This document shows positions 47,507-60,710 of a DNA stretch of 64,000 nucleotides, one piece after another. This DNA comes from Phoronis australis. Its lineage: Eukaryota > Animalia > Phoronida. The notes beneath the pieces were generated by a model. The model was not told where the DNA came from. It saw only the letters and a list, made by a program, of their open reading frames with translations, and did no database searches. Made by a program: the position numbers and the translations under genes. Every line of letters starts with the position of its first letter. Position 1 is the stretch's first letter. The stretch spans positions 310,001-374,000 of the forward strand of contig NMRA01000139.1 of assembly GCA_002633005.1 (NCBI GenBank), read 5' to 3'.

Positions 47507-49996
47507 CCGTATTCTCCGTAATAACCACCTAGGGCGCTTAGAAAAGTTCGTTTTGGGGGGGGCGGGGTGCTTATCATGACCCAAGGCCGTTGAAACCCGG
47601 TCTCCGAAACGGGTGAAATCAGAAGCTAAGATTCATTATATTTACGCTCTGTGACGTATCTGTAATCTATGAAAGACTTTCTACAAAACCGTGGTGCATT
47701 GCTATCAAACTTTGCTGTTAAATTACGATCATTTGACAGAACATTGTGTTGAAATCCCAGGGTGAAAACTCGCCAACTGCCTGCCTCTCAATCGTCGATA
47801 TGGTGACTTGAATGCTTGAATAAAAATACGGTTTCGACTCAAGCAAATTACCCGAAATCCTCCCTAAGTTTTCCAAGTTTGGCGTCCCTAAGATTTTTAA
47901 GTTCCCTTGTAGTCGGGATCATGTTAGGTTTAAGTACAAATCTGTGCTGATATCATGCCATCTACATGTATGATCCAGTGGCGGATCTAGGATATCACAA
48001 GGGGGGGCACAACATTTTGTCTGTAAGCATTTGCACAAACCACGATTGTAGATGTGCATAGCACAGGAAAATTTTCTGTTATTTTTCCTCTAAAAATCAA
48101 GAATTTTCCTTGATTCCTGAAGTATTATCCAAGAAAAAAGGAAAAAAAAAAAAACCCGGAGAACCTGTCAAACAGGAAAAACTGCAAATACCACAGATTC
48201 GAACTCAAGACCTGGTGGATAAAGCGCGCATACTTTACCACTACACCACCCCAACTTTACTCCTAAGTAGGTACAAAGAGACCTACTTGTTTACGGTTCA
48301 CAGCGTTTGCGCACAAAACCTACTTCTTTTTGGAATGCTTATTACACGTTTTATATTTTGGGCAATCAGTTCGTAACAAATTTGTTGTATTTAAAATAGT
48401 CTTCAAATGCCCAAAAGACCAAATCCGTTTTTCGTGTTGGCAATAATGACAGGATTGCTTTGGAAATCGTCTTAAGTTAAGGTTTGGCAGAGAGAGAATT
48501 ATGAGTTTCTGAGTGATTCACTAAGGCTTCGATTAAAATTCACATCTTACCAGCAGCTTCTGTTTTATCATCGTCACTTAGGTTCCATTTTCTTTAAAAA
48601 ATGAAGTAAATTTTCTTCATTGCACAGTGGAGCAGATGACGGAAACAGAGTCGTAGTGCACAGCGATTCTGCCGGTCGCCTGGGATATTGCGGGAGACCC
48701 ATAGTTCCGTTACGATTGCGCCGTATTCCGAATTTGACACTTGAAATTGGATCTGAGCCACCCCCTCCTCCCAAACACTAAAACTGCACACATTTAAATT
48801 TTGTTTCATCCGTATAATTTTAATTACCGGAGTTAATAAATAACTCAACATTTCCCTACACTCTTGCTGTTTTATTTTTTTGCGGCAGCCAAGGGTGGGG
48901 CCCCTGCCCCCCCCCCTAAATCTGCCTATAGATGTGATCAGCAACATGAGAAAAATGTCTGGACGAACACACATGTTGTTGTCATGTGACGTTTGTTTTG
49001 AAGTTGTCGGCGTTTGTGAGTAAGCGAGCGCGTGCGTGTCACCAGAGTTCATTTGCCAGAGCAGAGACCGTCTTTTGGCCAGAGCCACGTAATCTAACGA
49101 AATAGATGTGCATTGTATCTAAAGAACTTTGCACAAGCAGTAGGCCTAAACCACAGCGTGTTTCATTCAGCACTTGACGGTCTCATGTGCTAAAAACGTT
49201 TGACATTTGTCTCGGTATGGCCCATATTAGTCGTCGTGTGGCTGGATAGGTACATGACTATCTGACAGTTATTTTTCAGTGTAAGGGTGTGTAAGCATTC
49301 ACTGTCAGTGGTTATTTTATCAGATATTTGGCTTAAAAACACCAGTTATGGTTAATCAAACAATTCATTTTAAAAATATCGCAACCATTTTTTATTGTAT
49401 GAGAAACTGTCGGAAATTAGTGCTAATATTCATTTCTTGCAGATGCTATGCTACCCGTTTCATGAATGGATAGTTCCCGACTAATGCCTTTCATGACAGG
49501 TTCAAGTATGTAGTGCGTGCTTCCTGGTCACGTGCTTTTAACACTGGCCAAGCTGTTTATTAGTCTTCAATTCGTGGTTTTCATGTGTAGGCCTACAAAG
49601 AAATTTGGATTCCTGTTGAAAGCTTGAAATATCTACAAAGCAATCCCGTAGACAAGTACACTACTTCTGTTCCGAAAGGCCAGACCATTGGTCCTCGCAA
49701 TATCAGCAAACTTTTGTGTTAGTTTTGAGGCATGGCGGAAGTTTGAAGAGTATAGTCACGGCTAAATACCGACATAACGGCGGGGCTCGTGGTCTACAAA
49801 TTTTGCGCACAATGATTTTTTTCAGGATTGTTGGATATTATTGATAAATTGAAGACGTTACTATAGAGTTTTAGGATTGTAGGTAAGGCAATTTTCGCAC
49901 GTACACGTTCATGGACTGGGCGCTTATTTTAGCAAAGTCTGAAAACGCGTGGGGGGGCGCTTATAGGGGCATGGGCAGTTATTACGGCGAATACGG
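47507..49996. mobile_element. Non-autonomous Tc1/mariner element, copy 2 (inverted relative to copy 1)
   Basis: TA|CCGTATTCTCCGTAATAACC ... GGGCAGTTATTACGGCGAATACGG|TA. The body is the reverse complement of 39657-41907. Confidence 0.85.
47976..48934. mobile_element. CAGTGGCGGATCTAG-type element nested in copy 2, TSD TGATC
   Basis: TGATC occurs at 47971-47975 and 48935-48939. Copy 1 shows the empty site. It carries a tRNA-like SINE head on - at 48190-48250. Confidence 0.7.
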
Positions 49997-50899
49997 TAAA
50001 TGACGACAATAGATTCAAGTGTAAGTGCATCTATGGAACCTGATCTTTCAAGGATTTGGGAAATACATGTGTCGTCTAAATGAAAATGACGAAAAACGCA
50101 CCCATACCAGATACCTACAAGTGGGTGCGTAACTAATTACTTTCTGGCAATTAAATACTGTAATTAAACAACACACGTATTTACCTGCACAGCCAGGTAC
50201 AGCAGTCAGAGTGCACACGATAAAAGGCCATCTGTGATCAAGTCTTTCTTTGAACCCTTGCAAAGGTAAACACATGTGTATTTACACCACACCCTAGTCT
50301 GTGAACTTCCTACGTGCTGTAAAACAGGATTGAGTGAAGATGATTAAAGGGAAATGTTGCCTTTTTGAAGGCATTTTTGGACAGTTTGGCATATTTTACT
50401 TGTAGCTGAAATGTATTTTGCATCGTTCCTGCTATTTTTCAATCATTTGAAGGGAATTGTTTGGCCTGGTTATACAAAACTTGCATACGAACATTTTCAA
50501 CAACTGCAGTTAATGAATACCAGTTAAAACGTTACTGGAACACCTGGGTTGAAATAAAGTTGAATTGCAGTTGAAATCTTGACTAGGTGAACCAAGAATT
50601 TATTTGCATGTGAAAATTTTCAACTAGTTTACAATGAACTGTAGTACAACTGGAAGCTTCACTTGTTGGTTGAAATTAAGTGCATCTCTTTGGTGTGGGT
50701 ATGAAAAAGTGAGGCTGACAGATCAACTTCTTCTGGAATTCAACAAGCAATTGAAGTACTAATCCTTAGCACATGTCAGTGAATACATTTGAATTGTGCA
50801 TAACTGTGAAAATGCCAACAAAACGAAGTGCAGGTTAGTTCAAGGATAAAAACAGGATTTTCTATTTACTGAGTAAGGTTGATGTTTGAGATGCAATTC

Positions 50900-52785
50900 G
50901 TGATTGTTTCTATTGTCTCTGATGAAATGACGTGTTATGGGAGTCATTCCAGAGTAAAACTGTAGATAGAAAGAAAGTTAGCGTAGTACGCAATGCCAAT
51001 GTATGTTCTCTCAAAGATATGAGAATGGGAATTACGCGAACTAGAAATACGTAGGGGTGGAAGGTATGTGTGGGGAATGGCAACCAGCTTGAGTACTGTC
51101 TTGTACATGAGGACAGCTTGTTTTGAGCAAGTCTTTCTTGAAGAGTGGGACATTTGAGAGTGGTGAGCATAGATGCAACAGAGGAGTATTCTGGAGTCGT
51201 CGTCATTAAGCACGAGCCTAGCTGCTCTATATTGCATTCTTTCTATCTTGTCAATATTGGAGCATGTGGAGGGATCACATACTGAGGAGGAATATACAGT
51301 TTTGGGCCTCACTACAAGTGTAGGCCAAGGCTTTTGTCTCGCAAGGTGCATATTTGAGATTTCGCTTATTGAATCCAAGAGTTCTGTTAGCCTTTGAGGT
51401 GATTGTGTCTACGTGTGCATTCCACGAAAAAGACTGACCCCAAGGTATGGGGCTTGATTTATGCAAGTGAGCGGTGAGTTGTGAAGACTGTAATTGTATA
51501 TTATGGGGAACGTTTTGTGTGGAAACGTAGAATATTGCATTTGGAAATGTTGAAATCCATTTTCCAGGATTTTTCGCAGAAGTAATTGGCAGGCATGGGG
51601 GGAAGCAATAGGTCTATGTAGGACTGTGTCATTGGCAAGGAGAGGGACATTTGAAAAAATGGAGACAGGATGGTTGTTAATATATCTAGTATGAAGAGTG
51701 CAGGACCAAGGATTGAGCCCTGGGGCACACCGGAATGTATTAAAGAGTTTGATAACTCACCATCCACGACGACTCTCTGTATCAGAAAGACCAGATTTGA
51801 TCCAATCGTGAGTGAGACCCAACACACTGCAGTATCTGATCTTCTCCCAGAGCCCTAGATGAGATACCTTGTTGAAGGCTTTGGAGAAGTCCAATACAAT
51901 GGCTTCGGTTTGAGTGCCTACCTCCATACTTTGAACTAAGTCATCCACGAAAGTGACAAGTTGTGTTTCACATGATCTACGACTACGAAAACCATGATGC
52001 CAGGTGTATAATATATTGATTTGGGTCAAAATGAGGCATAATTATTATTGACAAGTATGTGCTCCATAAGTTTGGAGTATGCAGATGAGTAATATTGGGT
52101 GGTAATTTGAATCCAAAGTTGTACCATCTTTTATGAAGATGGATGCTATATTTGCAGTTCACCATCCTGACAAGACTGTGGATGATTGATAAGATTTGGT
52201 AAATATTTTCTGAAGGACTGGTGCAATATCTTCTGTGTCTTCTATGAGAAAGTGAGGAAATATTTCATCTGGCCAAACACCTTTATGAGACATGAGGTTC
52301 TGCAAGATTTTACATATACCACCAGTGGCCTGGAGAAGGTTATATCAGGCTTGTGCCCTTGATGGGCATATCTGCACCATTGCCTTTTCTGAAGACCGAG
52401 GAAAAGTGTGTGTTTAAAATTACTGATTTTGTTTTTGGGTATAGGTGTATAGGACACCATCTTTTTCAGATGAGTTATATTTGGTAATTATTTGTTGAGC
52501 CTTTTGATAAATGTGTAAAACCTTCTTGAATTGTTACCTTGATAAGGTGTAATTATATTTTTCATGTAATTCCAGTAGATTTAGAGAGTTCCTTGTAAGA
52601 CTAGTTTCCTGAGATTCAGGAAATGTTCTCCATTTGTTTCGATTCCAGTGCATTTTGAGCGGCAAATCCATGCAATTCGATATTTGGTCTTGCAATATGT
52701 TATGCATAAGTTATTAGGTGACTGAGTAAGCCCATTGAGGCTGGGGTGTGTGGTAAATATTCTGTCTTTGGGATTGTATTTACTG
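50900..52785 (-). mobile_element. Decayed CR1/L2-group non-LTR retrotransposon ORF2 (reverse transcriptase)
   Basis: Frameshifted motifs HGFRSRRSCETQL, LDFSKAFNKV, SGVPQGSILGPALF, WKMDFNISKC, W.AH...ITSKANRTLG, VRPK..YSSSV.DP...IDKIE.MQ.RAAR and PTLQER. Confidence 0.9.
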
Positions 52786-52821
52786 GCACCCTTATGTCAC
52801 TATAATAAACAAATAAATAAA

Positions 52822-52966
52822 TAGTAGTACTAGTAGCAGCAGCGGCGGCGGCGGCGGCAGCAGGAGCAGGAGCAGGAGCAGCAGCAGGAGCAGCAGCAGG
52901 AGCAGCAGCAGGAGCAGGAGCAGCAGGAGCAGGAGCAGGAGCAGCAGAAGCAGGAGCAGCAGCAGG

Positions 52967-53003
<37 letters not shown>

Positions 53004-53005
53004 AT
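52822..53005. repeat. Compound (TAG)/(GCG)/(GCA)/(GCAGGA) microsatellite
   Basis: Directly visible after an A-rich tract. Confidence 0.95.
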
Positions 53006-54305
53006 AATGAAACTAAACGGGTAGATGCGAAATCATTGTTTGCAAACTTTTTATTCTACTCTTCATACAATCCTGTCAATTTTTCGCTACCCGGACCATG
53101 CCGTAAAATTATCAGACTCCAATAGAAAGAATCTTGTTCCGGTTGAAGCTAGCAACTAAAAACAATTATTCTGGGTGGCTAAACGGGTACGGTGTGAAAT
53201 GCGTGTCGTTTAGAGACTGAGCTACATGGAAAGTATTGAGGAGCAAAATAGAATGACACGATGGGAACCCGCATGGAGTTGGAAGTTATTTCGGGGCTAT
53301 TCAATTCCTGGAAAACTAACTGTTGAGTATGAAAGCAGCATAACTCTTACATTTTGTTGTGAAATTTGCTCTTGCGCATCCGAATACGTCATTCAAGTAG
53401 GAAACATTTTACTGATTACTAAATATACAGCTTTGCGGGGAAAAAACTGACCTGATAAAATCTGACACAAAATTAGTGTCATCAAAAACTACACTCTTCC
53501 TTGAGTAAACTAAATTATTTACCAGTGTAGGCAAACTTGCCATTCTACTGTTATTCTACTGTTATTCTACTGCTAAAGTTGTGGAGCAATCTTTTGCATT
53601 GGCTTTCGGCACCTATTGGCCAATTTCTTTTTCCGCTGATTCTTCAATCAACTGTTCTTCTTCCACGAGGTTGCATACATGTCACGACATATTATTGTAA
53701 CTGATTTCATTTCGATACGAGTTTTTAGTATCAGCAAACTGAATTTCAGAACAAATTTTGATGCTATGAAGCTGTCATCATCTCCCGAGAGATGTCACAA
53801 AAAATTAGGAAATGGCGTGTGCGCGTGTCACGAGCGTACTGTTTTCAAAACGACGACATACTTTTCATTCTTGCATCAATAATGGATCAACATAAATGAT
53901 CCATTATCGTTGTTTTATTTACTGGGTCAAACCATAGCATGCTTCAGAGGATCTGGATCAACTCATTCAGTCTCAGATGTATCTTCTTACTTTTTTTTCA
54001 ATGTTACAAAACGTGGAGAATTACACACGAAAGTGATGTTTATTACGGTAGATTGTTTTTCACTTAAACGGTTGGAACAGGCAAGGCGAAGGTCAGTGGA
54101 CTCCCAGATGTTGCACACACCCTGCCGGTCTTTAGCTAGAACATGTTGATACAAGTTTCACAGCGGGGTTATGAGCAGAACTACTCGGGCTGTGTGTACA
54201 CACAGTGGTACTTAGCTGTACTTTGATGATAGTCTTCATACAGCTAGCTCAGTGGCTGGCTACATAAGTCCCACATTTGCACTGAATTGTTCCAGCGCAT
54301 CCGAA

Positions 54306-55085
54306 TAAAGTAAAGCAACCTAATTATCAGATGTTTTGGCACATTTTGCATTATGTTTACTTGGAAATACTACAGATTGTTGTAAATCTTTTACTGAAAT
54401 AAAGACTTACCTTTATGGAATAGTTCTGTTACTATATCTTGTCCCCAAAAGCCACATTTAAGTTCTGACTGATCATTAATAAACACAACCAGCAAACCTT
54501 CGGAGAACCTAAATATAGGACACCGTGTTTCTGTATGCGCCACATCACCGAAAACTGACTAACCAAGTAATGGCCGTGGGCACCTTGTTTTGATATATTT
54601 GCTGCTAGGACACAGCTCCATTCACAACAAAATTACGCAACATAAAATGTCATCTGATGACAGCACCAAGTTGTTTCGATGAATCAGTGCACACGACTGA
54701 AGCACGTGCAACCTCACTGCAGTTTTTTTATTCTTTGCCTTCTTGATATGACACACGCATGTGCGCAGCTGGGGTTTGACATGAGTTTAAAAACAAATGA
54801 AAAAATGACACAGTGATATATTGTCAGTTCATTGAAAAAGATTTTGTTTTCAACTTTTGTAACCGATTTATGTTATCATCCATTTTAGGCCCACTTGGAG
54901 ATCTAAATTGCACCCTCTCTCGGTGAAATCAAAATGAGGCAACGCTGTAAAAATGAGACAGTGCCGGACACTGAATGCAATACAGCGGAATAAAAATTGG
55001 TGCCATTTATTTCTCAGATTATGCTTCAAGTAAAATTTTATTGAATGTCCGATATTTTGGGTCCGTCCAATAGTTAGGTACAGAA
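54306..55085. mobile_element. ~780-bp non-autonomous TIR element, copy 1
   Basis: ACCTAATTATC(A/G)GA at the left end and TCC(A/G)AT(A)..TAGGT at the right end. It is co-linear with 58307-59110. Confidence 0.7.
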
Positions 55086-56727
55086 TGTGCACCTCATTTG
55101 ACTAGTGGAACAGTTCAGATTTTTTTCCCATAGGATGTTTTTCAATTATAACGTCAAGTTTAGTTGCAAAATATGAACTGCAAACAAAAAAGGAGCGAGT
55201 TTGTACCCAGATATAGTTTGGATCTTTAATGACTTTCATGACAGTCATATAGCAGGACAGACCTAGCAAAATCGTGGATACTTTTTCAACGAGTATTTTC
55301 TCCCTTTTCACAGTGCAAACTTAGCTACTCGAATATAGGTGTCGGTTAGATAACACTGATTCAACCTTCACATCCGTAACTAGCCTGGTGCTCTCGAGCT
55401 TTTCAATGGCGGACTATCTCTCTTAAAGAGCTACACACTCAAAGTTGAGGATTCTGAAGTGGCACATGTTACGAAATAAAAGTGCACGATGAAATGTGTA
55501 TGTACAAGAGTCTAGTGAGGCTGCAGTGCAATGTTTGCATGGAGTGCAAAGATAGGATATGTACAAGAGTCTATAGTGTGACGGTGCAGTGCAATGTTTG
55601 CACGAAATGCAATGAGGACTATAATGAGACGAGGGCTGTCTGGAAGTGATCTAGAGAGGCAGCACCAATGACATGGGCAGGTAAGTTGTTCTAGGAGACT
55701 GTTATGGAGAAGAAAGGCTTTTGCAGGTGCGATGCGACATGGTCGTGAAGAACAGTAATGCCATACCTTTATGTAAGAATTTTGCGACCTGAAATTCGTG
55801 AGTATTTAACGCCGCAGGTAAGATCGTAATCTTAACATTTTCTTGATGATCTAAGAAATCAATGAAAAATGGCGGGAAATTTTGCAGCCTTGCATTTATG
55901 AATGTGAGTTGGATTTTGAAAATGCGACCTGGCTATTTTTATAGTGTCAAACCCTGCCTCAGTCGACTACTGCTAGGGAGGACAATCGAAAAGTAGGTCA
56001 CGGTGCTCCATATCTGCCTCCAAGTAAAACTCACGTTGGTAAATTACCCGATTTCAGACTTCAAAGTTAACTATAAGACAATTTTGTGTTATAAATCGTT
56101 ACCTTAGTCTTTATTTGTAAGTTTGTAATCTTTTTGTCTCAAATTATCGCTGATAAATCATTTTTATAAGCTTTTTTAGCGCACCATTTTCAGCCATGTG
56201 ATCAACTTTCGAAAAAGTGCCTCTTGTTCCTCCTGTCCAAAAGAGCACTATACTCTCGAATACAAACATGAAATTTGGACAGGATGTAGTTTAGATGCGT
56301 GCGCATCTCCTCAAGTTGTTTTCTCGAAGTCAACGCTAAGTTTTCATGGCGAGTTTTCGATCGTCCGGAAGGCCTAATTTTAATCGGTCGGGAGATTGAT
56401 GTTTTTGCAGTTGCGCAATATGTCCCCTCAATTTTAAGATGAAAAATTTAATTGATAATCATTTCATTTTCAGAAATTTTGTCAAACTGCTGCGCATTGG
56501 CACTTTTCAAACAGCAGAGGTTAGTTAACTAAGTCGCCGCATGTCAGTGACACCAACGGCTACGTTGAAGTTCAATGGCATCGCAACTTCGCCGCTTAAA
56601 ATAAAGTTGTTACAAAGAGTTTATGTTGCATAAATGATGAAATCCTTCTTGTTAAGAGTGATTTGTTTTCCCAAATGGTCTTTGGTCTACTTTCTGATGT
56701 TTTTTGCCATGATACGATGTAAAAGTA

Positions 56728-56815
56728 CATGAGTGGCGCTGCAGCACTGAAAAATGTGGGGGACTAGCCTATAGCCTCCTCCAGACCCCTATCAGACTAT
56801 GATTTGCTGCCCATG
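56728..56815. mobile_element. CATG-terminal MITE (family of 1490-1644, inverted)
   Basis: CATGAG...GCCCATG, flanked by AAGTA/TAGTA. Confidence 0.6.
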
Positions 56816-57382
56816 TAGTAGTACTCAGGGGAAGGTCCAGGATTTTTAGTTATGAGGGGGGGCCAGGGCAGAGTATTAGGCAGGATTTTACCCGTAAGAT
56901 AGTTGCACCCTCGAACTGCCAAATGAAATTTGGGAGTTTTAGAGGGGCCATGGGCTGGCCCCCTTGCCCCCCCCCAATGTTATCTTGTGGTATGATGTGA
57001 AATTTCCGCCTAGCTCAGATGTATTTATTTCTAAGCTAATGTGTTGTCTTTGCTCTTTTCCTTTTAAGCAGTGTATTCCATTGTTTTCATCAAACATGGG
57101 GTTGTTGCTTGATCCTGTTTCATATGGTAATAACACACTTAAACAGCAATATCTCAGTAGAAATCGATCCAAATTTTATATAATGCTTACCACCATGAGA
57201 CAAATCTTTTGATATAAGCAGCACATGTATATTCTTTTATTTTGTACGAAATTATGTAAAAGGCAGATATTTTACGCATAATCGTCGCGTTTCAACGGCA
57301 ATTTTCTCGGTAACCGCTCATCCAATTTTTATGATTTTGTACCATTTCATTTTTCACACCAAAAAGGGCTTTTCAAAAATGT

Positions 57383-58296
57383 TAGGCAATGACCATCGCC
57401 TCTGTTGGCCCGAAGCAGAGGCAATGCAGAGGCTATATGCGCTCTGTACGCCGGAAGCTTTTCGGCGAATTATGCCTCGCACCGACTAAACCATCAAAGT
57501 CACGTTGTTATAAATACCTTTTGCGCATAGAGGAACACCTTAGGAGGTTGTCGATGTGTTTAATTCCTTCCAACTCGAACAAATACTCCCGTTATGAAAC
57601 TCTTTCTTCTAGCAGTCCGTATTTCAGTTCCCAAAATCGTGAAATCAAAATTTTCATTTTTTTAACCAGGCCGAAGGTCAGAAGTTGTGGTCCTACCGGC
57701 GAACTTTGTAAGCTGAAGTTCCCGCCCTTTGCGTACGTGCTGCCGGGAACCAGCCGTGCATTTGCCGTGTTGTTAAACATTAAAATGTCAAATATGTGCA
57801 CAAAGACTATTAAATGTCATATCAACAGCATTTATTTTTATCAAATACAAACAATAATTCATTGAAATACAAACAGTTTCAAGTAAAGCCAATTAAAGAC
57901 AAGTATAAGTGGTGGCATTTTGGAAACGAACATTTGACTGACAAGACAGCAATGGCTCACCTTTGGCCTATTTAAAAATTGAGGTCATGAAGTCACACCA
58001 CCTAGCGAGTGCGGTAAAAATTGGAGCGTGAGCAGTACAAAAATTTTGATTTCACGATTTTGGGAACTGAAATAGGGACTGCTCGAAGAAAAAGAGTATT
58101 TGTTCGAGTTGGAAGGACTTAAACACATCGACAACCTCCTAAGGTGTTCCTCTATGCGCAAAAGGTATTTATAACGTGACTTTGATGGTTTAGTCGGTGC
58201 GAGGCATAATTCGCCGAAAAGCTTCCGGCGTACAGAGCGCCTATAGCCTCTGCATAGCCTCTGCTTCGTGCCAACAGAGGCGATGGTCATTGCCTA
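57383..58296. mobile_element. Mutator/MULE-like non-autonomous element with ~270-bp TIRs and 9-bp TSD
   Basis: Arms 57383-~57655 and ~58040-58296 are near-identical reverse complements. CAAAAATGT occurs at 57374-57382 and 58297-58305. Confidence 0.88.
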
Positions 58297-58306
58297 CAAA
58301 AATGTA

Positions 58307-59110
58307 CAGTCAAGTGACCTAATTATCGGACGTTTTGGCACATTTTGCATTATATTTAATTGAAAATATTATGGATTGTTGTAAATTCTTTGCTGAAATA
58401 AAGAATTACCTTTATAGAATTGTTGTGTTACTATATCTTGTCACCGAAAGCCACATTTATGTTCCGACTGAACTTTAAAAAACACAACAAGCAAACCTAA
58501 ATATCGGACACCATGTTTCCCCATACGCCACACCGCGGAAAACTGACTAACCACGTAATGGCCGCGGGCACCTTGTAGCCAAATTTCAGCTCGAGTGTTT
58601 TGACATATATGCTGCTAGAACACAGGTCCATTCGCAACAAAATTATCCATAAAATGAAATCTGATGACGGCGCCAAGTCATTTCGATGAATTAGTGCAGA
58701 CGACTAAAGCACGTGCAAACTCACTGCAGTTTTTATTATCACTTTGGCTTCTTGATATGACACCCGCACGTGCGCGGTCGGGGTTTGACTTGAGTTTAAA
58801 AACAAATAAAAAAATGGAACAGTAACATATTGTCAGTTCAATGAGAAAGTTTCATTGTGGAAAAAGATTTTATTTTCAACTTTTATAACCGATTTATGCG
58901 ATCGTCCAGTTTAGGCCGACTTGGGGGTCTAAATTGCACCCTCTCTCGGTGAAATCAAAACGAGGCAACGCTGTAAAAAACGAGACGGTGCCGGACATTG
59001 AATGCATTACAACGGAACAACAATTGGTGTCATTTAATTCTCAGATTATGCTTCAAGTAAGATTTTTTGAAATGTCCGATATTTAGGTTCCGTCCGATAA
59101 TTAGGTACAC
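58307..59110. mobile_element. ~800-bp non-autonomous TIR element, copy 2 (TA|CAGT start, Tc1/pogo-like)
   Basis: CAGTCAAGTGACCTAATTATCGGACG ... CGTCCGATAATTAGGT. It is a direct repeat of 54306-55085. Confidence 0.72.
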
Positions 59111-60038
59111 TATGTTATTCTCGGCTAATTATTCGCCCAATCATTAGGAGTAATTTCCAGATACTTATTTGTTTAATTAAGATGATGTATTATACTCTAG
59201 TAAGTTGTAAAGATACGTAGTTGGGGCTACCCAACCCCAGCCGTATCTACTATTCATTAATGATATGCTTTCTGGGTAAATAAACGTATTAAAAAAAAAA
59301 AAAATGTGTATGACACATCGTCGCGTTTCAACGGCCATTTTCTCGGTAACCACTCATCCAATTTTTATGATTTTTGTACCATTTCATTTCTCACACAAAG
59401 GGCTTTTCAAAAATGTATGACACATGGGAATTGTAAAAAAAAATAAAAAACGTTGTCCTCCCTACAGTACTGGGATTGCTTGTTAGATCCTGAATTGTCT
59501 TGAATGACATCTACAGCCTTGAGTTTGTCACAGAGGTTTCTATTAGGAGTGCCAACCGATGGGCTACGTGTTGCCTAGAGTCAATATTGAATTGAGTCGG
59601 GCAGATAGATTTCATGGGGTAGTAAAAACTTGTAGGACCTATTTCATAAATTTGCTCCAATTACCATACGTCATACGATGAAAATCACTGATCTAACTGC
59701 AAGTGTCAAGAAAGTTTCCATGATGAAAGTTGAATTGATGTGTTAGGTTGCAGAAAATGAGTTCAATCGACAACAACAAAGGGGCAGTAAAACGACTGAA
59801 TTATGGTAGTAAATATACTTACACGAACTCGTTCTGATGACTCAGCTTTCGATCTCACGGGTGAGAGGACAGAAACTCACTCGAATAATGGGTGCAGACA
59901 GCATGGACAAAGTGACCTACATTTTATGTCACAAGTTTCAGTCCGAGTCACACTGGGTGTCGCTGCTGTACGTGATCTTGGAATCCCGCTAACTTCTCAA
60001 CTATCGCGTATGCGTGAATGAACTGACGAAAGGCATCA

Positions 60039-60050
60039 AGTAAGTGAGTG

Positions 60051-60084
<34 letters not shown>

Positions 60085-60262
60085 AAAGTAAGTAAGTACG
60101 TAAGCCAAGTAATTAAGTAAGCCAAGGAAGTAGGCCCTAAGTAAGCAAGTAAGTAAGCCAAGTAATTAAGTAAGCTAAGGAAGTAGGGCCCTAAGTAAGC
60201 AAGTAAGTAAGTAAGCCAAGTAAGTAAGTAAGTAAGTAACTAGTAAGTAACCGTAGTAAGTA
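60039..60262. repeat. (TAAG)n microsatellite, the 3' tail of the adjacent LINE
   Basis: It reads (CTTA)n on minus, directly after AATAAA and the LINE 3' UTR. Confidence 0.9.
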
Positions 60263-60710
60263 AAAAAACTTTTATTTTAAATCGGTGAGGGTAGATACAA
60301 CAAAAGAAAACATTGGCACAGGTGCTAGTTACCCATAAAAATACTTTGTTGAGAATTATTTACAGAGAGGTATAGGATAATATATACAGAAAGAACGAAC
60401 TGTAAGTATATAAATAAGCATTATCAAAACCCTAATAATTATTTGAACATGAAACAAAAGACAGGATAGAACATCGGATGCAGTTCTGGCACTCACAGTT
60501 TTCTCTTGGATAAGTCGAGATCATGTGTTTAAATCTTGACAGGTCATTGCAACATCTTATTATCTTATTAATTCAGGTACCAGTTGTTCCACATATGAGA
60601 GACACCTCGATTATGTACGGAGTGTAGGCCGTATGAACGAAATCTTGACAGATAAGACATTCTGTCCCCGGAAGTTATATGATGATTGGCGCAGTTCGAA
60701 GCAGTCTAGA
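60263..60710 (-). mobile_element. 3' end of a CR1/Crack-group LINE
   Basis: Minus-strand translation gives FELRQSSYNFRGQNVLS..YGLHS...WN...L.RFK..I...CECQNC, typical of the ORF2 C-terminus in this group. A poly(A) signal and microsatellite tail follow. Confidence 0.7.

Noticed and set aside
48190-48250. tRNA-like sequence on -
   Set aside because: It has A/B boxes but no pairing acceptor or anticodon stems and lies inside a transposon, so I treat it as a SINE head.
52840-53000. Possible polyQ/polyA coding exon
   Set aside because: It follows an A-rich retroelement-like tail and is flanked by stop-rich TAG/TAA repeats, with no splice context.
57389-58290. Apparent pair of paralogous ORFs (MTIASVG...) on opposite strands
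   Set aside because: They are the two TIR arms of the MULE-like element.
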